A stretch of DNA of 64,000 nucleotides. Origin: Geosiphon pyriformis uo1. Lineage: Eukaryota > Fungi > Glomeromycota. The position numbers were made by a program, and so were the translations under genes. How positions within the stretch are numbered: the first letter of the stretch is position 1; each line of letters begins with the position of its first letter. The stretch covers positions 477,038-541,037 of the forward strand of contig JAAOMT010000239.1 in the NCBI GenBank assembly GCA_016748015.1. The letters are read 5' to 3'. The notes below the pieces were generated by a model. The model did no database searches and was not told the origin of the DNA. It saw only the letters and a program-made list of their open reading frames with translations. This document shows, one piece after another, positions 38,063 through 48,852 of this stretch.

Positions 38063-41000
38063 AAAACTTCTTTCTCTTCTTTGTCCCAAATTCCCAAAAA
38101 AGAGTCAAAAGTTTTTTGAAAAAAAAGTTATTTTCACAATTCAGTACGATAAATTCAAACCCTTTATTCTTGACTATGAGACCACTGTTGGCTGTAGTAT
38201 TGCTGTTATGAAAAAGACTGCTTAAGTTTCTGGCTCTAATGATGGCTTCAAACCTGTTCTTCTAAGGAAGAAGAAGAGAGGTGGTGCTTTAAAAGATGGT
38301 TCTGGTGATAAGGTTGTTGGTGCTAAGGTTCAGAATAGTCATTTATGGGGTTCAGAAACTGGCAATACCACTGAGTCCGATAGCATTGACATGAAGGAAG
38401 AATGTTTGGTAGAAGAGACTAGCTTTAGGCAAGAAAGCGGAAAAGAGTCTGGTGGTGTTGATACTAATATGACACCTAAGTGTCCCAAAAAGATTGTTAC
38501 CAAGTGTACTCTTGAAAAGCCTCTTGGCACTATTGACTTCAATATGGAAAATGATAATGATGATAATATTTTAGATGGGCCACTCTCTCTCTCTCCCCCT
38601 TTCTCTTTCAAACATATGGTGTAGATCTCAGTCAGAAAATCTTTTGTTCTAGACATTGATCTTAGAGTGGTCGCTGACAAGTCATCTTAAGAGAAACTAG
38701 CTTATGTCAGAAAAATTTTTTCTGGTGTAAATGGTTTTGAGGAGGCCTCTACTCCCTCAAAATTTGGTGGAATTATTCGGGCATCTTTCACTTCTGAAAA
38801 GGCAATGATAGCAGCGGCAAAAATGGCAAATGATCATGATGTTGTGGTAAACACTAATCTTAAGCGCCCTGGTAACAATCATTTGAATCAGGCTATTGTG
38901 TTGAAGGAAATTCTGGTGGGAACTTCTGTGGAGGCTGTACATGCTGCAGTGTCTAAATTTGAGAAGATTAAGACAATCAAAATACAGTTGGTGGGTTTGT
39001 GGCAGAAGGCAATCATCGAATTAGAAGATCAAACACAGGCTGATTTATTGGCTTCTAAGTGGTCCATCCTCATTGGGAAAAATGCAGTTCATGTGGCCAG
39101 GGCTGATATCGACAAACAATCATGAAATGCCAAAGATAGTTTTAGGGCTTTGCTACATACTTTCCCCATGGGAACCACTGCTCATGATTTGTGGAATTTT
39201 ATTGATTCTATCGATGGAAAAACTTACTTCATTGATTGCAATCTCTCAAATTATTCTCGTGCCTGTTGCACCTCTGTGTGTTTTGGTTCTGAACTGGATT
39301 TGGTTAATATAATGGCAGTGACTCTGGTTATAAAAAGTGTTGGTCTCTGCTGGTCTCGTCTTTTTTTGGCATCATGTGTGGTTTGCAAGAATTTTGGTTA
39401 TACATTTCTTAGTTGTAGGCTTGTCAAGGATGCTGCAGTTCCAAATGGCAGAAGGACTGTACTTTCAGCTCAGAACCAGCTCAGACTGGTGAGAATTTAT
39501 GCGAAAAAATCTGCTTCCATCTTCCGTCCCCTGGCATTCGGTGGTAAAACTTGGGCGTCGGTTGTTGGTGCTTTTTCTGCTCCCCCCTTCTCTGGTAGCA
39601 AGTCACAATTTGGTTCCATTATTAATGGTGAACCTCTCCCTCCCATTGTAGATATGTTGGAAGAACGTCTAGTCAGTATTGAAAGCAGTCTCGTCAGCCT
39701 CATGGGACAAATTGGTGAGTTGGCTAAGAGGTTGGATTCACTCGTGCTGGCAGTTTCCCAGCCTAGCTCTGGATGTCAGCTGCCGGTGACCCCCTCATCA
39801 CAGAATCTGGAGAGTAATATAGTGATGGGAGTGGCTTCAAATAAAACCACTAGTGATGAGACTGCTGCAATTGTGGACTCATCAGTGTCTTTTCAAGTTA
39901 CCAGGTTGGAAAATATGTTGAAGAGACTCTCCAAATCTGTGTTAAGCTTGTCTGCTTATTTTGAAAGTTCGGTTTTGGCTGGTGGTGTAATCTCTCAACT
40001 GTCTTCTTAATGAGTAAGCTCATTTGGAAGGTCACTACATGCAATGTTAGAGGAATGACCAATCCTGCAAAACAGAATAACATCATTTGTTGGCACAATG
40101 ATATGAACAATTTGATTTCAATTTTCACGGAAACAAAGTTAAAGGAGAGAGTTTGCCCATGGATCATTAACAAATTTGATGGTATAAGGGTGTTTACATC
40201 TGGCTTGGATTCTGGTTATCTGGGTGCTGGTGTTGTGATCGTCGTGAATTCTTCTTTGGCGAGACATGTGTGCAAGGTTTCTGAGGTGCTTGGCTGGCTC
40301 CTATCTATTAAATTGCTGTTCAAAAATAAACTTTTGGTATTGATTTTGGGGCTTTATGCAGGTGCTTCTTCGGTGGTTTGGTTTTCTTAGGCTGGTGAGG
40401 TTAACTCTCTCATTGCAAAGGCTGTTAATGAATCTTCTTTTGTCATTTTTGGAGGTGATTTCAATGAAAATGGTTTGTATAAAAGTACAAGTTTTAAGAA
40501 GTGCTTCAATTTGGGGCTAGTCAACTTTCTGTTAGGTAGTTCAGTTGCAAAAAGTCCTACGTGAGAGAATTCAAGAGGTGTAAAGAAGACTATTGATTAC
40601 ATGTTTGTTTCCTCAAGTCTGGTTAGTGTGATCATACATCATGATGTTTTGGAGGTTGGCAAACATTATAACATGGATCACCAGGCTGTCTCTGTGTCCA
40701 TAGGCTTGAGTGGGCTTTTGGATGCACAGTTGAATTCTCTTCGAAAACAGGCAAATAAGGACTGTTGGAAGTTTGATTTTAAGGGTGCTAATGGGGTTAG
40801 ATGGAACAATTTTAAAGATGCCACATTGGCCAATGCTATGATGTTCTCAGATGAGTTTACTATCTCCACATGGTTTTTGGACTTGGATGCAATGTGGAAC
40901 ATTGTTCGCAAGATATTGGTTCTCTCAGCTAGTAAAGTGTTTAAAAAAAAGTGGTTCAAGGGCTTCAATAATGTTTTTACCAAGGAACCTTTGAGATTTC

Positions 41001-44000
41001 ACAAATTGGAGCTTTTGGTTTCCAAGATTGTCAAGGCCTTATGTGAGGAGTGTGTTGCAAATTTTGAGTCTCTTATGAGATGTTGGGTTTCTTTGGACAA
41101 TGTTAGGGCTTTGGTTGTACAGAGTTTGGTGGATTCTGGTGCTGGCGCTAATGATGTTCATTCTGCTTTCTTTGGTGCTAGGAGATCTTATCGTGCATCC
41201 AAGCTTGCTGAGTTTTTGAGAGCTAAAGAGACAAACATCAGATCTGCTATAGATAAGAGGATGGAGAATTTTGAGGTGGATAAAAGTCACACGATCAGGA
41301 GCATACTGGAACAATCCTTCCGCAAGATGGTTTTGGATCATTTGGTCATAAGCAACAAGTTAATTCTTAAGCCTAATTTGGTGAAATCTAAAGTTAACAA
41401 TATTATGGAAAGTTAGACCAGGAAGTGGGTGGTGGTTGATGATGTCTCTGATGCTTGGTCTTGGCAGTACTGACCTCTGGACTATGTTTTTGATGAGGCT
41501 TTCTCTGAAGTAATATGTGTGATTGATTTTGATGAGTTGTATCATGTGGTCTCTAATCTGTCTAATGGCAAAGCCGCTGGTCTTTTGAGTATCTCTAATA
41601 AACTATGGAAACATTATAATAAGTCAGTTTTGGGTTTGCTTCTGGTCCTGTTGAATTCTTGTCTATCTCGTGAATCAATACTTGGTTCTTGGAGGGAGGC
41701 TTGGGTTTCAATAATTCCCAAGTCTTATGAATAGGAGAATGTTCTCATGAATACTTATCCTATTGCTTTGATTGAAACTGCCCACAAAATTCTCTTCAAG
41801 ATTCTTTCAGACAGGATCTCACTGGCTTGCAGCTCTTATAATGTCCTATGTGGTGACAATTTTTCAGTTTTAAAGGGTATGGCAACTCAGTCACCTATTT
41901 TTGCTATTGGTTCAGTTGTTGAAGATGCTCTAGAGAAAAACCGGGAGCTCTGGTTGGTTTTACAGGACATGCAAAAAGCTTATGATTCGATTGGCTGGGA
42001 ACACCTCAAGAAGAGTTTGGTTAGAATTAAGATGGTTAGTAAATTTATTCGGTTTTTTGGCAGTATTTATAAGAATTGCACCAACCATGTGAGATCACTA
42101 TCATGTGCACAATGGTCTGGATCAAAGAAAGGTTTTTTCCCCACTTCTGTGGCATATATTTTATGACTCTCTATTGTGTGAAGTCAAGCATTAAGGAAGT
42201 GTGTGTAAATATAGGTTGAATTCTTATTTTGTGTCTAAAAGTAGTTGTATCAAATCTCAGGCTGGGCTATCTTCTTTCTTTGCTGCTGGTGCTTTTGTCG
42301 ATGATACAATCTAAATTGGTAACAGCCAAAGTGCTACTCAACATATTTTCAATGTAGCTGGCAAATTTTTTCATATTAATGACATTTCAATCAATAATGA
42401 CAAGACAGTGACAATTCTCATTAATAGTAGGGTCAGCAGTTCTTTTCTCTCCATCAGTGGCTCGCCAATCTCCATTGCCAAAAAGAGAGAATCCCATCAG
42501 TATTTGGGTATTTTTCTTTCGTCTGAGGGTCTTTCGAAGCCTAGTTTGGCTAAGGCAAATTCAGATGTTTGTTTTTTTACTAATCTGGTTTTGAGAGAGG
42601 CAGTTTCAGATAAGCAATTTTTGTATTTGGTGTTGGCAGTCTTTTATCCTATAATCAGCTATAGAATACAATTCAGCTTGATTCCTGTTGGCATGTGCAA
42701 CAAATGAGATGCTTTGGTTCACAAATGTTTGAAACTTAAATCTGGTCTCCCGCAAGATTTTTCTAGTGATACAATCCACCATCCTTCCTTTTATGGTTTA
42801 AAGTCCTTTTCACAGTGTCAGTTAGAAAGTAAGATTGCTTCACTTATCAGTTTTGCAAACTCTATCGGGATTTTGGGGTATATGTTCAGTTACAGGTCTC
42901 ATAACTTGCAAGTTCTGTGCTGACAGCCTATCCATTCCTTGATCTTTCCTACTCGCATTTGTGTTAGTGTTTCTAATAATTTCTTGGCTGGTGTGGTTTC
43001 CATCCTTCTTGACTGCAAGTTGTCTTTGGGTGGTTCTTTGGCCAGTGCTTTCCGGTTTTGCAGTGGGGTTCCTATGTCTGTTGTTCTTGGCGAATCTTTG
43101 TTTTTCAAGTTTTTGCCGTCTTTTTAGTGTTATGGTGTTGCCTTCATGGACCAGCTTCGGGATCACCGTGGTAATGTCTTTAGCTGGCTCACCTTTAAGC
43201 AATAGAAGAGACTGGATCCTCGTGGTCCAGTCTCTGAGTGGTTTGAACGTTCAGTCAAGTTTCTTGTGGCCTCCTATTCTTCTCTCTCAGTTTTGGTTGG
43301 TGTTAGTCCTGTTAACATTTGTGGTTCTAATAAGTTTGTGTCTGTATGTGATCATCTCTCTCAGGTTGATGCTGATAGTTTGTCTGTGTATATAGATGAG
43401 TCGTTAAAAAATTTGGGCATGACTGGTTGTAAGGCTGGGGCTGCTGCCTTTTTTAAGGACATTAACTTGGGTTTGGGTATTAGTGTTCAGGGTTTAGTGT
43501 CATCTACTTTGGCAGAATTGCAGATTATAGCATTGGCTCTGGAGTGTGTACCTGTGGCTTGCTCTGTTTGTCTGTTTTTGGACAGTCAGACAGCCTTGGA
43601 TGCTTGCATGTCAGAGATTGACTTGATGTATTCTGACTTTTACAATTGGTGCTGGGTTGAGCACCAGCATATTAGGAATGTTATTCGCAGTAAGAATTTG
43701 AGGGTTAGCTGGCACAAGGTTAAGGGTCACTCTGGTGTGTCAGGGAATGATTGAGCCGATAGCATTACTAATGCTGCGACTCTCTATAATTGGTTTTTCC
43801 CTTCTTGTGTTGATGAACATTTTTTGTTGGCAGATAATGGTATTGTGTCTGGTAATTCTAGACACTTTGTTCGAAATGTTTTTGTGCTGTTTGTTGGGCA
43901 TGTTGGAAGGTCAGTTCTGGTTTGAAGTTTCTACCTAGAGATTTGCACTTGGGTGTTGATTGGCCTAACTCTTCCAGGATTTGGCATTCTGATTCGCATA

Positions 44001-44800
44001 TGGCAACGGATTTTACCAGCAGGTGCACTGCTGACGTTCATACTTACTTAATGAAGGCTTTGCACTGTTGGCTTCCCGTGGCTATTCGAAAGCACATTTA
44101 TGATAGATGTTACCCGAGTGTTCTGTGTTTGTATTGTGGTGAGGTGGAGGTGTCTGATCATGTGTTTTCTTGTGTAATTGATGATTCAGTTCATCGTTGG
44201 ATGTTGGATTCCTGTATGTCTTCTTGAAAGACAATTTCTGGTCTTTCTATTTTTTCTTCTAATGTATTGCAGCTGCTGTCGATCTGTGCTTCAGATTTCC
44301 TGGTGTCTTCAGTTTTTTACAAGGGTTTTGTTTTCAGAGGATGGTTTTGGGAGGCTGTTTCCATTTTCCATGACCCCAAGGTTGCTAGCATCAAGATTAC
44401 TGATTTTGTACACTCCCTTTGTGTTGCTTTCAGGAATAACATTTGGTTGGTCCATGTCAAGCATCATGCATACATGAAAAAAAATGGCCTGATCCTGGTA
44501 GATGGCTCGATTCCTGTCTCGGTTTCTGGTTTGGTTTCAAGGTTCTTGGGTGGTGTGGTTAAATTGCTTGGTATTGCTGAAGCTTTTGGCATCTGTTTTG
44601 GTTTTCACAAATCTTGTTTGTTTTTCTCAGGTATTGGTGACTTGGTTTTTGTTAATATAGATGTGTAGTGTTGTTCTGACTGGCTTGAATGGCTGGTCAC
44701 ATGTAGAAAGTACATGATCCATGCTTAGTTTAGATTATTTCCTTGATGTATAGTTCTAAGTTGTATTTGGACTTCACTTGTTAAAATAATAATAATAATA
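38063..44800 (+). mobile_element. Full-length LINE copy 2
   Basis: ORF1 about 38208-40010 and ORF2 40010-44668 (APE, RT, RNase H, zinc finger) overlap at TAATG. Structured tail plus (TAA)n. Candidate TSD AAAAATAAAAT at 38052-38062 and 44801-44811. Confidence 0.95.
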
Positions 44801-44811
44801 AAAAATAAAAT

Positions 44812-45446
44812 TCACATAAATTAATTTAATATTGTTTTTTAAAACCAATTTAAACTTAATAAATCTAAATAATAGATAAAACAAAAAATTAACTAAGGCT
44901 AATTTAATTTTAAAAATAATATTAAACATTAAAATAAAAACTATTTATTCTGAAAATTTTTAACAGCTAAAAATTTTTTCTTAAATATTATCAAAAATAA
45001 TATCAGAAAATAAAAAAAATACAAGTTAATTTAATTTTTATATAATCAACCTAATCTTTAAAATTAAACAACTTAATAAGTTGTTTTGTTTTTAAAATTA
45101 ATAATAATTTGCCAAAAAAAATCATATTTAATAATATAGTTAATAGTTAATCTTGGCTTATTTTAAAAAATATGCTGTTATTATTATTGTTTATATTAAA
45201 AAAAAACTTAGTTGTTATTAGAAAAATCTTATTTAAGAATTCATCTAAAATTACAAAAAAATTTAATATAACAATAATAAATATAAGCAATTATTGTTGT
45301 TTTTTAGAGTTTTTGGTTTTTTTGGCTTTTTTGATTATTTGTAATATAATAATAATAATATTAGTCATAAAAACAAAAAAAATCAGCTTGTTAATTAGTT
45401 TATTATTGAAAATTTTAAAGTTTTTAAAAAAAATAAAAATAATACT
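44812..45446 (-). mobile_element. Ghost ORF1-only element, middle part
   Basis: The reverse complement of about 44810-44980 aligns to about 46190-46360 (AGCTGTTAAAAATTTTCAGAATAAATAG vs AGTTGTCAAAGGTTTGCTGGGTGGGTGG). It joins the 38050 end across LINE copy 2; the rest of the interval is assigned by position. Confidence 0.7.
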
Positions 45447-45458
45447 AAAATTAATCTA

Positions 45459-47763
45459 TATTTATTAATTAATAAATATATAAAAACTCTTTGTCTTCTT
45501 AATTTTATGACCACGACCAGAGCAAAGAGTAAAAAAGCTGCACCTGATATCTGTCCTGAGATATCTAATAAAATTTCAACCAGAGGAGCTCTTTCTGTTG
45601 TAGAAGCAACTAGACAAAACGTTTTAAAAGCCTTCCTCTTATCCAGTAATCGTGAAAAGCTGTTTTTAGTAGCCACTAAATCAATTTCTTTATCTTTGGC
45701 TGATTTTTCACCAGTCAAAGTTTCTTCAAAGAGACACACTTGGGTTAGTTCCAGTGTTGCTTCCATCCCAACTAAGAGCCCAAAAGTTTTTAATAATAGA
45801 CCAGTAAATAAGCTGGTCTTCCTCTCTATAGATTCAACACCTGGTGCTTCTGGCATCACCTCTTCAAAAAAAATGGTCAAAAAGACCAAAAGTTCAGAAA
45901 AGTGGGGGCAGTTACTTGCTTCTGCTATTGTTACACCGAACCCCTTTGTGGTTCCCAATGAGATCTTAAATGAGATCTCAGTAGTATCATCTGGCATGTC
46001 ATCTAAGATGAACCAAGATTAACCACTGGCTGTGTTGCCAAATGTGGTGTTTTCCGGCAGATAATCACCGGTTTTAGAAGCAAAACAATCTCCTCCTATT
46101 GGGTCACCTGTTCTTGAGAACTGAGCTGATCAAATGGAAACTAATTCATCTCCTCCTCTAGTTTCTGGTGCTACTTCTGGTGATGCTTGGGAAACTATTA
46201 TTAGTTGTCAAAGGTTTGCTGGGTGGGTGGCCTCCACTCTGGTGCCTGGTGCTACTTTTAGGATCAAATTAGCTTATGTTAAGACTGTTTTTCAGTCTGT
46301 GCATAGTTTCTTGGGTGCTAAATCTGTTTCAAAAGACAATGTGAAGCTTTTCTGTATGGAATTTGCTCCTCAACAGTCTTTGGAAGCTGTGTTTTTGGTT
46401 GAGCTTACAAGCTCTGTTCATTTAACCACTCTCAAAATTACCAAATTTTTGGTGGTTTCTGAATCTGGTTCCTTTTTTGCTGCTGTTGCGCTGCGTAATA
46501 TACTTTTGGATGTGTTTGCTGCTAATATTAAGTTGGCTCTCAGTGTGTTTGGTAGTGTTACTCGTGTTGTGCTGAAGCCTGCTGGCATTTGACAGTATGT
46601 AGTGGTTTATTTTAAAAAGTTAGACTCTGCTGTGTCTGTCTTAAAGCATTGGTCAGTCTTGGTGAACAAGAATAGTGTTAGAATCCTCCCTCTGGTGAAT
46701 CAAAATGAGACTATTTTGTTTCGTGATAAGTTTAAGGCCAAATTGGTCAACCTTCCCCTTGGCTGTACCACCTTTGAAATTAGTGATATGATTTCTCAGG
46801 TTGGTGGTCAAACATGTTTCATTCCTCATTCTCCTGATTCTGGTTGTTGTTCCCGGTTTGCTTTGGTTATATTTGACTCTCAAAGCAATTTGGATTCTGC
46901 TGTAGTCAAGACTGGTACTCTAAAGAAATGCCATATCTGGTGGGAAACTCCTGGCTGCCGGTGCTGCTTTAGGTGTCAAGAAATGAGCCATTTGGCCATG
47001 GATTGCAAGATTTCTCCACCTTCCACTCCCAAAATTCCCAAGGTTTTCAAGTTTCGTTTTGTGGGTTCTGCTTCATATGCCAAGACTGCTGCTCCTTTTG
47101 GTCTTTCTGAGTTTCCTTCTTTAGTGGCTCTTTCGGCTGCTTTTGCTGCTAATCCTGCTGTTGGTTCCAGATTGGACTCTTTGGAAAAGCAGATTTCAGA
47201 TTTGGCTGCTCTTGTTAAGTTTATTGTTGAGCCTGTTGGTTCTTTGGTTGCTTTGGTGTTTCATCTTCTTGATAATAATGCTGTTAAAGCTGTTCAGGTT
47301 GAGAAAAATATCATTTCTATGAAGAGTGCTGCTAACAATTTTGCTAACCTCATGGTTGGAGTTTCTAAGGACATTGCTTGTCTTAGATCTGAGGTTGACT
47401 TTGGTAATATGGATTATAATAATATACTGGCTGCTAAGCCTTCCTTTTTAAGTGAGAACACTGTTGAGCATGTTATTGCTTTGTGGCGGATGTCTAGTGC
47501 TGAAACCAGAAGCAATATTGAATCTACTAGATTGTTTCTTAGTGAGTTTATTTTTGACTCTAGGAATCTGAATGATATCATTGAAAGAATTTGTGGGTTG
47601 GAGTTATTCTTACCTACTTTTGATTCAGTGTAGTGAGTCCTTGATTGGGCCGAGTGTCTGATTACATGTAGAAAATGCATGATTTATGCCTATAATGTAA
47701 TTCTTTCTGTAGTATCATAGTTTTAGGTTGTATTTGGGTCTCGCTTATTAAATAATATAAAAA
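45459..47763 (+). mobile_element. ORF1-only non-autonomous LINE derivative (HAL1-like), 2.3 kb
   Basis: One reading frame 45507-47633 (about 709 codons, a few stops) with RRM-like blocks, CCHC knuckle CFRCQEMSHLAMDC and a coiled-coil-like segment. No ORF2. LINE-type 3' tail directly after the stop. 12-bp TSD AAAATTAATCTA at 45447-45458 and 47764-47775. Confidence 0.88.
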
Positions 47764-47775
47764 AAAATTAATCTA

Positions 47776-48035
47776 AGTATATCTCTTAAAAAAATCTTTA
47801 ATTAAAAAAAAACTATTAGTTAAAAATAAAAAATGTTTTAAAAACTGTTAAATACAGCTTTTTAGTATCAATATTTAAAAAAAAAATTATTAGAATATTC
47901 TACTTAGTTGCTTTAATAATAATAAAAATTTTTTTGGTTGAAATTTTATTAATTACTATAGAAAAAATAATATTTAAAATTTTTTTACTTTTTGTTTTTA
48001 TTGTAATTATAAAAATAAAAAAAATAAAAAGTTTT
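47776..48035 (-). mobile_element. Ghost ORF1-only element, 5' part
   Basis: GGTTGAAATTTTATT...TTTTTTACTTTTTGTTTTTATTGTAATTATAAAAATAA matches the reverse complement of 45485-45582. Confidence 0.7.
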
Positions 48036-48544
48036 TTTTTTAATTATTATAATATAATTAAAATTAATTTAAGTAAAGTTTATTTGAATGTAATTTTAAT
48101 TTTCAGTAATAATTTGTTAAGAATATAATTTTTTTAGATATTATTAGTAATATATTAACTTGTTTTTTAAATTTAAGTTTAAATATAAGATTAAATATTC
48201 ATAATTTAATATTATTAATATTAATTAAATTACAAATAATAACTTTAATATTAAAATATGTACTAATATTCAATATAATTGTTATTTATTCAAATAATTA
48301 AGTGTTTTATATCTAATTTTTGCTAAATTAAAAAATAATATATTATTATTATTATTAGAAATAAAAGTTTATTTATTGAATAAATCAAAATAAAAAATTA
48401 TTCTGGTATTATAAATAATAAATAAACTAATATGTTTATTAATAAAATCTCAAATTTGAAATTTTTGTTATTTGTTAATATTTAAAAAAGATTTTTTTTA
48501 AGATGGTTTTTAAAAATGCTTATAATTTTGTAAAAAACCTGTTT

Positions 48545-48780
48545 GATTCAGTGTACTTTTTCAAGCCACAGCACTGCAGGTCTTCATACTTATTTTATAA
48601 AGGCTTGATTCTGTGGCGAAGAAGGTGTCATCGATGACTGTTCCTATAGGTGGATCGCCTCAACCAATAGAACAATTGCAAGTTTGCCTCTTCTTTAATG
48701 TTTCTGTTGATCGGCTCGAGTGGCTGGTCACATGTAGAAAAAGCATGAGCCACACTTACTTTAACAAAATAAAATAAATA
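48545..48780 (+). mobile_element. Short 5'-truncated or SINE-like retroposed fragment ending in the LINE-type 3' hairpins
   Basis: TGATCGGCTCGAGTGGCTGGTCACATGTAGAAAAAGCATG followed by an A-rich run, about 70 bp upstream of the PPOX ATG. Confidence 0.6.
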
Positions 48781-48852
48781 TATCTATACACAATATTTTT
48801 ATATATACTGTATCACACTTAAAGATTATCTTTACAGAACCCGCAATAAAAA

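Noticed and set aside
45395-45997. 200-aa antisense ORF and similar antisense ORFs across the retroelements
   Set aside because: They are shadows of the sense-strand coding frame with no independent motifs.
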